The notes beneath the pieces are model-generated. The model had not been told where the DNA came from, ran no database searches, and worked only from the letters and a program-made list of their open reading frames with translations. A stretch of 64,000 nucleotides of DNA, taken from IMG/VR virus record IMGVR_UViG_3300030104_006170, one strand, 5' to 3'. How positions within the stretch are numbered: the first letter of the stretch is position 1; every line of letters begins with the position of its first letter. Shown in pieces: positions 35,685 to 46,456 of the stretch. Made by a program: the position numbers and the translations under genes. The stretch is from a virus. Lineage: Duplodnaviria > Caudoviricetes.

Positions 35685-35726
35685 AGTTTTTTACTTTATA
35701 CATAAATACATTTTATTTCAAAATGT

Positions 35727-38700
35727 TTAATATCCACCCCTAAATCCCTCAGCTCCACCTGGACCCGTATCATTACGTGGATTTATACCTGAAGGGGAAT
35801 AAAATACATTTCTTGTTATTTCAAATGGAACTACATCCGTTTGACTTGTAGAATATACACTTTCACCATTTAATAAAGGATATTGTCTGGTGATACTTAC
35901 TCTATATTTGTAATTACCTGGTTCTGGTGGTAATAATGTGAAAGAACAATAAACAGCACCTACTTTTTCGGCTGGTATTGTCTTACTTAATTGTTGTACT
36001 ACATTACCGTCATCATTAAATAATCTAACTCTAACAACATCAATTAATGCTTTATCTTTTAAATAATTTATAGGTATTTGTGGTTCTTTATTCATACTAA
36101 GACCCGCTAACATGTAAATAGTTTTGTAAAATAACGCAAAAGTATCACCTGATTGATATGTGTCTGTAGAAGACAATAATTGTATTCTTGTGTCACTTAC
36201 TTTAGTATAACCACTTAAACCTTCTCCTTGGGTAACACCGTTTATAGCTAATGCCACACCCCCAAATGATTGTTTTTCTAAATTAATATAGTAATAACCA
36301 TTTTCCTCAAATATCATTTCAGTATCTGTTGTACTAACAGTTGCTGGCATTGTAAAAAATTGTGCCCATGAACCTCCCGCAGAATCATAAATAAATTGTA
36401 GTTGGTCTCCGTTCTGAACTGTCTCTGGAAAGAATGTGACTGCTCTATGACCTAAAGATAATTTATAATCACCAGTAGGTAGTATGGTGTGGTAATTAGA
36501 AACATCGGTACCTCCAGCGTCAGTTAAAGAATCTATCCCTGTAACACCTGACATTCCTTCTGATACTACAATACCATTAACTGTAACTAGTGGAACACTA
36601 GGTCTAGCACTTCTAATTTCGTGTGTATATGTAGCACTACTAAATTGAGGTGTGGTTGGTGATGGCATATTAGTTACCACGGTAGTATCTATCATCATCT
36701 GTGGTACAGAAAATGGTAGTCTGAAATCGTCTAGTGATAGACTTGGTACTGGTGGGTCTTTTAGTAGAGCCATGTAAAAATCCTGACTAGTAGAAACCAA
36801 TTCTTGTGGTGGGTAAAATGCTGTGTCAATCCACACATCGTTAGGTGATGTTTTATCTTTAAATAAGTAACTTGGTCTTACGATGTATTCCCAACTACTT
36901 CCAGTACAGAAGCCTGACCATGGAATAAAAGTACTTGCACTTATTATAGTACTTTGACTGGTTTCATCATAATAACTAGGTAAAGTATCAAAAATAGCTT
37001 CATAGACTGGTGAAGTTGCGATTCTATCTTCTTCTGTTATATAAGGATATATTCTAAACTTTGGGTACATATTACCGAATAACATATCGGTATTATTACC
37101 CCCGTAATATACTTTTATTTCACCACCACCACCTTGACTTGCATTATAAACTGACAATGCTGGTTTATTACCTATTTGTGTACTTAGTTTGACATTTGGT
37201 TTACTTAAACCAACAATACTAACACTAGGTGATGGCATTGTTTGTAAAGACACATTGACTCTTGGATTAACTTTCGGGACATTGGGTTCCGTAGAAGAGT
37301 AACTACTAGTATCATTAGTTTGTATTATATTAGTGGTTGTCCCAGTAGTAGCTGTAATAGTTACTGTATTTGCGGGACCTAAACTATTTCCACAGTCTGG
37401 TGGTAGAATTTCTTGTTGTGATGGGTTACCTGTAAAAGTAATATGATAGAAACTCAAATTAGGTTGTGAAGCTTGTCCATAACCAATTCTTTTAGAACCT
37501 AAAAATTTACATAAATCATATCTTTGTAACCAATCATATTCATCATAAGCAGAAAAAGAGTTTCCAGACCATGTGGTTCTATCTAAAAGATTAAAATTAA
37601 TGTCGTACCTTGGATTATATCCGTTTGTTTGTCCTATCGCTCTAGTTGCACTCGCACCTGTACCCATTGTTTCAGTAAATTGTATATGAAAGTGTTCTCC
37701 TGTAGTACCTGAGCGATTTATTTTAACTCTTACTGCTCCCATAGCTTGCCAAGCTCCGGTTCCTGCACTAAAAGGTGTAAGATAATCATCAAAATTAGCT
37801 ATGGTTACTTTACCCGCGTTAGGATTTACACTAGTACATGCGCCTTGGAAACAATCTCTAAACTGATAACCTTCTCTTTTAAAACCGAAACCACTACTAC
37901 CCGCATTGTGACCTATACTAATTTTTCCTGATGTACCATTAGCTTGTAAATACAAACTATATGTAAACCCAGATGGTCCATATTTTGCGTCATCATCTCT
38001 AAATGCAGCCAAAAATATATAGAGACTATCATTGTCTGAAGTAGCATTAAATGTAGTTTCCCACGAATAATTATTATATGAACATAAACTTAACATACCA
38101 CCAACACTAGCATTATTAGCTGTAGAACTAGCATAAAATTTACCATTAGTTCCAGCGTCAGGATATATACCACCAAATTGTTCTACTGTACCTCCTCCTG
38201 GGTCAATTGTAACATCAATAGGTGAGACGTTAGTTATTGAAAATCCTGATGTTGCTCCTGTTAAATTAGAACTTCTAGGATTACCTGGTATCCCATAATT
38301 TTCACGTGGGTCATAAGTTATCCAACTTATGACAGCACCATATGATGGCCATAGATATTCAAATTTGTTAATTACACTATTGTAATAAAAATACCCTATG
38401 TTAGCTGCGGTCCTAGCTATAACAGGGCCTACATTATTATCACCCTCTTCTTTAGTCAATGCACTAACACCTAAATACCAATTTTTTCCTAAATCGGTTT
38501 TTCTAGTTAAAGTATCACCAGTATAAAACCAAACATAAGGGTTGTCACTATCTATAGTACCATCTGGTAATATTCCTGTTTCATAATATATTTGGGTACC
38601 TCCTGTAGCAGGACCCCAACCAGACTTAAATGATAAATGAAAAGGTGCGTTAGGAAGAAAATTTTCCCATGTATTACCAATAATGTTAGGTAGTAACCAA

Positions 38701-39275
38701 CCATACGAGGCTCCATTGTCATTAAAATTATATGCTGTACAACCACTTTGTGATGGTCTGGTATCAAAATCTATTATTTTTTCTTCCATTACTGTAACAG
38801 TATATAAGCCATTTTCTATACCACTGAAAGCATGACGTGTATTTCCTGTATTACCATAATAGATGTCTACTAATTTATTATTTTTTCTTAACTCATATGT
38901 GTACGTGGGTGTTGTGGTAGTAGAGTCGGATATTGTTATTTCCCCTTTTTTATTTGGGTCTAGTACACAATCATCGTTAGTTAAACTAGCTTCTATACTG
39001 GGTACTGTAAAAGCACTCAGTGTTATTGTGGTAGTTGCAGTAGCTCCAGTATAATCTGTTATAGTAGCTACATAATCATCAGCACATAAATTACTAATAT
39101 CAAAAGTATCTGCTGTATATAAAGTATTAGTACCTGACCAAGTTACTAAGTAAGGTGCACTATTAGTACTAGCAGATATATTGGCTCCTATAATACTTCC
39201 ATTACAAGAACCACTTAAAGTGTTGGTTATTTTATAACCATTTAATTTCATATTACCTACATACGATATTGACAT
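35727..39275 (-). CDS. Large S/T/G-rich tail fibre/adhesin-like protein with N-terminal SprB-like repeats
   Basis: SCNGSI...APYLVTWSG...ISNLCADDYVATITDYTG and DDCV..KGEITI...TYTYEL...FSGIENGLYTVTV. Confidence 0.65.
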   Translation of the reverse strand: MSISYVGNMKLNGYKITNTLSGSCNGSIIGANISASTNSAPYLVTWSGTNTLYTADTFDISNLCADDYVATITDYTGATATTTITLSAFTVPSIEASLTNDDCVLDPNKKGEITISDSTTTTPTYTYELRKNNKLVDIYYGNTGNTRHAFSGIENGLYTVTVMEEKIIDFDTRPSQSGCTAYNFNDNGASYGWLLPNIIGNTWENFLPNAPFHLSFKSGWGPATGGTQIYYETGILPDGTIDSDNPYVWFYTGDTLTRKTDLGKNWYLGVSALTKEEGDNNVGPVIARTAANIGYFYYNSVINKFEYLWPSYGAVISWITYDPRENYGIPGNPRSSNLTGATSGFSITNVSPIDVTIDPGGGTVEQFGGIYPDAGTNGKFYASSTANNASVGGMLSLCSYNNYSWETTFNATSDNDSLYIFLAAFRDDDAKYGPSGFTYSLYLQANGTSGKISIGHNAGSSGFGFKREGYQFRDCFQGACTSVNPNAGKVTIANFDDYLTPFSAGTGAWQAMGAVRVKINRSGTTGEHFHIQFTETMGTGASATRAIGQTNGYNPRYDINFNLLDRTTWSGNSFSAYDEYDWLQRYDLCKFLGSKRIGYGQASQPNLSFYHITFTGNPSQQEILPPDCGNSLGPANTVTITATTGTTTNIIQTNDTSSYSSTEPNVPKVNPRVNVSLQTMPSPSVSIVGLSKPNVKLSTQIGNKPALSVYNASQGGGGEIKVYYGGNNTDMLFGNMYPKFRIYPYITEEDRIATSPVYEAIFDTLPSYYDETSQSTIISASTFIPWSGFCTGSSWEYIVRPSYLFKDKTSPNDVWIDTAFYPPQELVSTSQDFYMALLKDPPVPSLSLDDFRLPFSVPQMMIDTTVVTNMPSPTTPQFSSATYTHEIRSARPSVPLVTVNGIVVSEGMSGVTGIDSLTDAGGTDVSNYHTILPTGDYKLSLGHRAVTFFPETVQNGDQLQFIYDSAGGSWAQFFTMPATVSTTDTEMIFEENGYYYINLEKQSFGGVALAINGVTQGEGLSGYTKVSDTRIQLLSSTDTYQSGDTFALFYKTIYMLAGLSMNKEPQIPINYLKDKALIDVVRVRLFNDDGNVVQQLSKTIPAEKVGAVYCSFTLLPPEPGNYKYRVSITRQYPLLNGESVYSTSQTDVVPFEITRNVFYSPSGINPRNDTGPGGAEGFRGGY

Positions 39276-39288
39276 TATTTATCTTTTT

Positions 39289-42200
39289 TTAACATTCTTC
39301 TTTTAATGGTATACACCCTCTTTTTTCACACCAATAATGACCTTTTTTACAAACTCCAGCTTCTTCTTTTTCCTGTATAGATTCTTTTAAAATCCTTGTT
39401 ATTTCATCTTTTGAAGTTGGTTTACCTTTTACACCTTCTTCTACTACTGCTTTACTATCTATAACCGCTTCAGTTGCTGCTTCTTCTGTTGGACTTACAG
39501 GTTCTTTTGGTTTAGATGGGTCGTTATTATTGTCTACTCTTTCACACCTAGCGATACATTCATCCAAACTACTGTAGACACCTCTTGAATCTTGTATACA
39601 TAATCCACCCTTACAAGTATAGAATATTTCCATGTCACTAATATCTCCTGGACCTTTTACGGCTGCTTTTCCTTCTATTTCTACATCATCATCTTTGTCA
39701 TCTGGTTTAGGTTTTCCACGACCAGTTGTAGTTGCGGGGTTAACAATAATAGTTCCTTTTAACTTAATTGGTATCCCTGTTTCTGTTGTAGATTGTGCAT
39801 AGTCTTTAAGTTCTGAACAGTCTTCTATTATAACTGGTTTACATTTTGCATGTATTTGACTACAATGTTTTCTAGAATTTTCTACACAATCAGTACAATT
39901 TTGTCCTTCCAAATCAGTAAATAAATCTGTTATACCATATATAGGGTCTATTTCCAAATGTTCCGCAACATCTTGTCCACAATCACAAAAGTACTTGCAT
40001 ATAGTCTGGTTGGAAAGGGTTTTGGGTTTAGGATTAGAGTGTGATTCACTACTTAATATGGTTATTTCTTTACCGTCTATTGTTATTTTTTTATCTACGT
40101 TTTGTACTTTCCACCTATCTGGTCTTGTCTTGTGTAAAATATCATAATCACTTAATAATTTAGTTCCCGAACATGGTTTATAAAAATTACATGTTGGTGT
40201 AACAACTAGATAGTGGGTTAAATCATTACCAAAAAAGTTTTTAAATTCATTAATAATAACATAGGATTGTGTTATTTGTGGGAAATTAAAATCACATTTT
40301 GCTCCGAATTCACTATTATAGGTTGGTAAGTAGAAACAGAATATTCCTTCTTTTTTCATAGCCGTTAATTTATTTTGTGGGCTATTTGTTAACTGGTAGT
40401 CTTTTATAATATTGTCTTCTAGTAAATTTTTCCAATTATTTACTGGTGTTGGTGATGTTATGTCCCAAACTAATTTATGGTTAGGTGCAGAACTATCTAA
40501 AAAGGTTTGGTTTAAAAATGATTGTGGTGTTATAGTTGGTCTTTTTATATTACCACATTTACGGTCGGATAAATATAAAGTACCATCTAACCTAACTTCT
40601 TTATCCATACCATCTGTTTTCATTAAAAATGGTTTAGACTGTTTACTTGCGTCAAAAAATAAATTTTTATATATTATAGAACTAGATAATTTAACACCTC
40701 TATACCATGGTGATGCTATTTTATTACCTAAATTATCTATTTCATGTCCTAGATTAATATCTAAATTTGTAGTACCACCACCACCAAAGTAATTACCTTT
40801 AGATATTGATTCCCAATTTAAATCATAAGCTAACTCTATTATGTCTCCCGCAGCTAAACTTATTAGTCCGGTATCTAGAACAATTGGTATTTGTTTAGAA
40901 AAAATAGTTGTTGCTGATGCACCTGTGGTTATGCAAACATTGTATGTGTTGGAGAATTTATCATTTTCACTAACGTCTAATGTTAGGTAATTATCCGCAT
41001 ACCCATCAATATTCGCTCTTTTAACACTACTACTCACTATCGTAGAAGGTGTACCAGAGGTACCTCCTGTAACAGTACCTTCTGTTGTAGAACCACTACT
41101 ATATTTTAATATAGAAGCCTCAAAATTAAATTTCATAATACCACTATTGATTGGTGTTTGGTCCCACCAACCATCACCTGGTCTCTTAAATCTATAACCT
41201 GGATGAGCTTTACCTCCAGTATCTTGTAAGGTTGTTCTAGTTTCATCTTCTCCTCCTTGAATGATGGATGTGTTTATTAGTCTTTTAGTCTGATAATCAT
41301 TTTGTGGAAAAATTCCGGTAGTTGCTGTAACCGCACTAGGACATATACGACTTACATAATCACACCATTTAGTGTCTGTGTATTTAACATTTAAAAATGC
41401 TTTATAGGTAAACCTATATACCCCACTACTCTTAACAGTATAAGTCATATAGTGTTTAGGGTTATTCTCATCTAAAGCTAAAGACCCACCAGTATTACCA
41501 CTATAAACCCCACTAAAACTATAGGGTTTATATTGTTTATTAACATCATTTATCATTGGACAGATATATTCTCTATCCATATTACTTATTGGTATGCTTG
41601 TGGTTCCTGTAGTAGCTGAATGTGCTGAGAATGAATCACCACTTATATGTAAATCATAGGTATAATTTGGTTCGTAACTAGAACTTGTAGTGGAGGTAAA
41701 TGATGAATATATGTCCACTTTTTTCATACTATAAGTAGTCAAATAAAAATCAGTCGTACTATTTGCACTAATTGGTGCATAACAATATAATTCTGTTAGT
41801 AGTTGTTGATTTGTACTATTACTATCTTTACCTGTAACAGGCCCTAACTTTGGGTTGTAGTGATAATCACCAATATATGGTTCTCCATTAAGTTGTCTTA
41901 GTAATGTACCATCGCTATACATTTCTTTTGTGACTCCAGCATTATTATTTACCTTTGTTTTTTTCCTTGGGCAAATCATTATACTCTCTATGTAAGCGTC
42001 ACTGTCATAAGTAAATCTAACATCATTGTATTCATCTAATAAAGACCTTTCAATCCACTGGGATATTTTACTGTAAGTTTTTTTAGGTCGGACTATCGTA
42101 TCCCTACTATCAGATTGTTTGTTAACTACGGGATAAGTTTCTATATTACCTATTTGTTGTTTTTTTAGTTTTTCTGAAAACGCTATAAGTTGTTCTCTAC

Positions 42201-43254
42201 TATTAAATGATAAAGAAAAACATTTATCACTTCTGGAAACAATTTTATTATCTCTAAGTTCATTAATCCAACCTAGGGGATACATTTCTTTACCGTTTTT
42301 TATTACCTTTCTACTTGTTTTTATTTTACCATATTCTACTTCTCTAGATATATTATAAGGTATTTCAATAATATTACTATCAGTTAACCCCACATTTTCT
42401 AAATTTGTATTTAAATTTTGTGGGTTTTTTATAGTGTATACTTCACTACTCATTAATGTTAGTGAAGATGCGTCAACATTTTGTTTAACTAATTCTTTAT
42501 TGTAGTCAAAAATAATTTCTCTAGAAGCTAAATCATTACTACTTAAAGGTATGTATGTCGTATCTAATTTTATGTTAGGTGTTACATTTATTATAGGTTC
42601 CGGTGAAACAATAGGTAATTCTGTACCTTGTACTATAGTTATCTCTTCTTTTTGTGTTTTAAACCCTAGAGATTTTATGAATTGACCTTCGGACTGTATG
42701 TGTATATCCAAATCAAAAGAATACATATCAGCCACACTTTTTGGCATGTACGCTCCGGGTAATAACATTTGTAGTGAGTGAAATTTACCCATAACCATAT
42801 TTTGAAATGGTAGCATTGCTCCTACACCCCTAACAGCATTTTTTGATATTTCTGTAGAAAAGTAGTTTGGGTGTGATAAAAAGGCTCCAAAACCGTTACC
42901 TTTAACACTTTCAAAACTATGTACTCCTTTATTGGTTTTGAATACCTCTAGGAACATATCTGTTTTTCTTAAGTTTATAACATTAGAGTTTTGAGTACCT
43001 CTAGGAGCATAAGAATGTTTTTTAATTTTTAAATGGTTGGCAGAAAATCTCAGGAACAACCTTTCTTCTTCACCCTGATACATACAAATAGCTTCTACTA
43101 AATTTTCAGTATTGTAAGTTATGGTCATACATTTTTTCTTATTGCAAGCCCTACTTGTAGTATTGTCTGGTGTGTTAGAGAGTAAAAGTAAAAATTTTAT
43201 CTCATCACCCAATACTCTCAAGTCTATATATGATTTATATGTTTTATTTGCCAT
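39289..43254 (-). CDS. Large putative virion structural protein (1321 aa) with Cys-rich C-terminal modules
   Basis: Located in the structural operon; EPYIGDYHY motif; CKYFCDC, YTCKGGLCIQ..GVYSSLDECIARC, CKKGHYWC. Confidence 0.65.
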   Translation of the reverse strand: MANKTYKSYIDLRVLGDEIKFLLLLSNTPDNTTSRACNKKKCMTITYNTENLVEAICMYQGEEERLFLRFSANHLKIKKHSYAPRGTQNSNVINLRKTDMFLEVFKTNKGVHSFESVKGNGFGAFLSHPNYFSTEISKNAVRGVGAMLPFQNMVMGKFHSLQMLLPGAYMPKSVADMYSFDLDIHIQSEGQFIKSLGFKTQKEEITIVQGTELPIVSPEPIINVTPNIKLDTTYIPLSSNDLASREIIFDYNKELVKQNVDASSLTLMSSEVYTIKNPQNLNTNLENVGLTDSNIIEIPYNISREVEYGKIKTSRKVIKNGKEMYPLGWINELRDNKIVSRSDKCFSLSFNSREQLIAFSEKLKKQQIGNIETYPVVNKQSDSRDTIVRPKKTYSKISQWIERSLLDEYNDVRFTYDSDAYIESIMICPRKKTKVNNNAGVTKEMYSDGTLLRQLNGEPYIGDYHYNPKLGPVTGKDSNSTNQQLLTELYCYAPISANSTTDFYLTTYSMKKVDIYSSFTSTTSSSYEPNYTYDLHISGDSFSAHSATTGTTSIPISNMDREYICPMINDVNKQYKPYSFSGVYSGNTGGSLALDENNPKHYMTYTVKSSGVYRFTYKAFLNVKYTDTKWCDYVSRICPSAVTATTGIFPQNDYQTKRLINTSIIQGGEDETRTTLQDTGGKAHPGYRFKRPGDGWWDQTPINSGIMKFNFEASILKYSSGSTTEGTVTGGTSGTPSTIVSSSVKRANIDGYADNYLTLDVSENDKFSNTYNVCITTGASATTIFSKQIPIVLDTGLISLAAGDIIELAYDLNWESISKGNYFGGGGTTNLDINLGHEIDNLGNKIASPWYRGVKLSSSIIYKNLFFDASKQSKPFLMKTDGMDKEVRLDGTLYLSDRKCGNIKRPTITPQSFLNQTFLDSSAPNHKLVWDITSPTPVNNWKNLLEDNIIKDYQLTNSPQNKLTAMKKEGIFCFYLPTYNSEFGAKCDFNFPQITQSYVIINEFKNFFGNDLTHYLVVTPTCNFYKPCSGTKLLSDYDILHKTRPDRWKVQNVDKKITIDGKEITILSSESHSNPKPKTLSNQTICKYFCDCGQDVAEHLEIDPIYGITDLFTDLEGQNCTDCVENSRKHCSQIHAKCKPVIIEDCSELKDYAQSTTETGIPIKLKGTIIVNPATTTGRGKPKPDDKDDDVEIEGKAAVKGPGDISDMEIFYTCKGGLCIQDSRGVYSSLDECIARCERVDNNNDPSKPKEPVSPTEEAATEAVIDSKAVVEEGVKGKPTSKDEITRILKESIQEKEEAGVCKKGHYWCEKRGCIPLKEEC

Positions 43255-43259
43255 AACTT

Positions 43260-46200
43260 TTAATATCCACCACCACCACTAGACATACCTCCTCCTGTTG
43301 ACATTCCTCCAGAAGGACTAGATGGTCTATTTGTGTTTATACTACTACCTACACCACTTCTAATAGTTTGTGTGTTTTCTGTAGGGGTTAAAGTGTAGTT
43401 TTCTAACCAACTTAGGTCATCAAAACCTAATTCTTTCAAACCTTTTATACATAATAAATTATCGGTACTTCCTTTTTTTGTAAAGACAGCCTTAGATGTA
43501 AATTTTGTTCTGTTGGTTTGAAAACTATTTGATAGTTTATTTGTTTCTTTACTAAGAAGTGGACTACCCGTAAATCTACCTTGATTGTTTATATTGTAAG
43601 AATTTGCATAACTAGAAAGTGGTATGGTTCCTGAACCAGAAAATAAATTATTATAGTAAGTTGTACCAGATTGTGGGGGTGTAGGCATAGACATCATTCT
43701 AGCTGAGTTACTAAATAACGGCCATGGATAACCAGTATAACCACTTGCGGAAGTAGTAAACGTCATTGAGTACACACTTTGTAGTGGGTCACCACTTACA
43801 CTAAAACATTTATAAACAAATTTATCTCTATGAAATGCAGAATTTTCTACCTTAACCCCACTAGTCCATAATGTTGTGGTAGGTACCATCTGTTCTACAA
43901 TTTTTATCCAATAGTCACCTAATGCCTGAGCGTAATCAATCATCTTTTGGTATGTGTACTGATTATTTTCACCACAATTTTTATGCAAATAATCTAAATA
44001 AATTTGTTGTAGTGTTGGGTACCCTCCTGTCTTACCGTCGTTTATAGTCATTCTATTTTTGGCGTCTATAAAAACTTTCCAAAAATTATTTTTAAATGTT
44101 TTAAAGTCTAAGGTTTTTGCGTTTATTTTTGGATTCGTAGAATCCCAAACCCCTCCTGGTCTAGGATATGGTGAAGGTAATGTACCACCACTAAAGAAAC
44201 AATCCGATTTGACCGACTGTTGCCATACATCATAAGTTAAACCTTGTCCTATATTTAATGATAAGTCAACATTTTTTACATTTAATACTAGTTTTTCATT
44301 TAATGTTTGGTAGTAAGCGTCTCTATTGTTAAAAGAATAATCTCTATCTTGTTTTCCTTCTTTATAGACCCAAGATTTTTTATCATCGTTAATTCTGGTA
44401 AGACCAAAACCAAATGACATATGTGGAAATCTTCTAAATCTATCAAGATAAGGTGCTTTAACTAAATTAGAGTATTGACCCATAGTCCAAAAACCTCCCC
44501 ATGTGAACTCAGCATACTTAGTTACCGCGTTAGGTGTACAACCAGTCAAAGTGGAAGCGCTTAGATTTAAAACTAAATCTGATTTATGTTCTTCTGTCAT
44601 TTCAAACCAACCGGCACCTCGTTGGAAAAAGTAACTTTCTGTGAGTCTTGGTTTTGTTGGGTATCCCTGTTCATCTATAGGATAGTCATCTAAGATGAAA
44701 GGATTAAAAGTAGTACCTGTAGAAATATAATATTGATTAAATGGTATACTATAATTTAGTGTTTCAGTAGTGTAGGAACCTCCTGATATTTTTTCCCACT
44801 GGTAATCAAATCTATTTTGTATTTTTTTGTAACTAGGAACTTCACCGGCTGCTGTTTGAATCCACTCAAATCTCATACCTGGATTCATGTTTATTGGAGC
44901 TCCCGCTATAACCACATATTCATTAAATTCAACTAAAGCTTCTGGTGCACCTAGTAGGGTGAGTAAAAATTCTATAGATTTTCTAGTTCCTTTTGACTTA
45001 AATAAGTAAGCTGTGTTTAACAGTATTCTTCTATACAATTCAATGTCCAGTTCTGCTGGTGTTTGAGACATACTAGTACCTGAGTATTCTGGTACACTTA
45101 CACCCAACACACTATCTAAAAATGTTGTGTTATTTAATGTACTAGGTGTTGACCATCCTAGTGTTTTTGCGAAATTTTTTATTAATTCATTAGGTATACT
45201 ATTTTTACCATCATAGGTTACATTTGTCATATAAGCTATCCCATCAACAAAAGTTTTTATATCATCAAAACTTCTACCGTAAATTTGTAAAGTTTTTTCT
45301 ACGTGTTGGTTGGTTCCGTCAAATTCTTTTAACTGAGGTGATGTTAAAAATCTAGAAACTAAATTTGTTTTTTCTTTATCAATTTCATCACCTAAATCCG
45401 CTAATTTTACTAGATAGTTAGTATACTCATCACTAATTATATCTATATTTACATTGTCTTCTAAAGGCCAAGTTTGTTTTACTTTATCATAATATTTTAC
45501 ACCGTTAGTTGTTTCTTTTACGACTTGAAATATTGATGTATATATAGGTGTGATGTCTCTATTAACTAAAAACCTTTCTACATTGTCTAAATTTTTAAAC
45601 TCTTCTTCTGTTTGGTTTTGAGTTGGTTTTATGTAGAATGTTTCTGTTGTTGAGGTTACTGCTGTACCACCTGTTAATGGTAAGTTAAATGGGTTACCTT
45701 CTACAGTAAATTCTATGTAGTCTGTGGTTGTTGTTTGTGGTTTAAATTCTTTAACAATATACTCTTTTTCACCTATTTGACCACTAAAACTCAAAGCGTA
45801 TTTTTTAAAATGTTGTGTAATATTTCTAATTGGTGCTACAGTTCCGTCAGCAATATTTAGTAGGGTATCAGCAGAAACACCAAAAGTATTAAAATTATTT
45901 AATATTTGTTCCTTACTTATTACACCATTTAATAAATCTCCATTTGTGGTAAATTCTAAACTAAATGGGTTGGATAGTGTGTTTACGTTGGTTTTAAATG
46001 TAGTTTCTTCTGTACTATAGTCATATAAAATATCGTAAGCTGTAGTGTTACCTGAAACTAGATTAATGTTGACTCCATCTATAAATAAAGCTGCGGGAAA
46101 AAAATTAACCACATTTTGTGTTGCTACAGCTAAACGTTTTTTTAGTGACCCGTATAAAACAAAACTAGATATCTCACTCATATCATTATTAACAAAAACC

Positions 46201-46451
46201 TCTAAACTATTACTTGTTAATTTTTGAGCTAAAGCTAAGCTTTCATTACTTAGGGATTCTAGGGTTATTGGATTTGAGAATGTTCCTAGATTATATTCTG
46301 GTGTATTTGGTTGATTATATGAAGGTTGGGTATAAAAATTACCTAGTGTCATTTGTTGGGACCCCATGAATTGGTTCCCCACTAAAAAATCACTGAAGGT
46401 ATCCCCTCCGTTATTAGGGGCCGGTGGATATCTAAATCGATTACTAGCCAT
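43260..46451 (-). CDS. Baseplate wedge-like protein (P2 gpI / T4 gp7-type domain)
   Basis: LIKNFAKTLGW...ELYRRILLNTAYLFKSKGTRKSIEFLLTLLG...EFNEY. Confidence 0.72.
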   Translation of the reverse strand: MASNRFRYPPAPNNGGDTFSDFLVGNQFMGSQQMTLGNFYTQPSYNQPNTPEYNLGTFSNPITLESLSNESLALAQKLTSNSLEVFVNNDMSEISSFVLYGSLKKRLAVATQNVVNFFPAALFIDGVNINLVSGNTTAYDILYDYSTEETTFKTNVNTLSNPFSLEFTTNGDLLNGVISKEQILNNFNTFGVSADTLLNIADGTVAPIRNITQHFKKYALSFSGQIGEKEYIVKEFKPQTTTTDYIEFTVEGNPFNLPLTGGTAVTSTTETFYIKPTQNQTEEEFKNLDNVERFLVNRDITPIYTSIFQVVKETTNGVKYYDKVKQTWPLEDNVNIDIISDEYTNYLVKLADLGDEIDKEKTNLVSRFLTSPQLKEFDGTNQHVEKTLQIYGRSFDDIKTFVDGIAYMTNVTYDGKNSIPNELIKNFAKTLGWSTPSTLNNTTFLDSVLGVSVPEYSGTSMSQTPAELDIELYRRILLNTAYLFKSKGTRKSIEFLLTLLGAPEALVEFNEYVVIAGAPINMNPGMRFEWIQTAAGEVPSYKKIQNRFDYQWEKISGGSYTTETLNYSIPFNQYYISTGTTFNPFILDDYPIDEQGYPTKPRLTESYFFQRGAGWFEMTEEHKSDLVLNLSASTLTGCTPNAVTKYAEFTWGGFWTMGQYSNLVKAPYLDRFRRFPHMSFGFGLTRINDDKKSWVYKEGKQDRDYSFNNRDAYYQTLNEKLVLNVKNVDLSLNIGQGLTYDVWQQSVKSDCFFSGGTLPSPYPRPGGVWDSTNPKINAKTLDFKTFKNNFWKVFIDAKNRMTINDGKTGGYPTLQQIYLDYLHKNCGENNQYTYQKMIDYAQALGDYWIKIVEQMVPTTTLWTSGVKVENSAFHRDKFVYKCFSVSGDPLQSVYSMTFTTSASGYTGYPWPLFSNSARMMSMPTPPQSGTTYYNNLFSGSGTIPLSSYANSYNINNQGRFTGSPLLSKETNKLSNSFQTNRTKFTSKAVFTKKGSTDNLLCIKGLKELGFDDLSWLENYTLTPTENTQTIRSGVGSSINTNRPSSPSGGMSTGGGMSSGGGGY

Positions 46452-46456
46452 AATTA

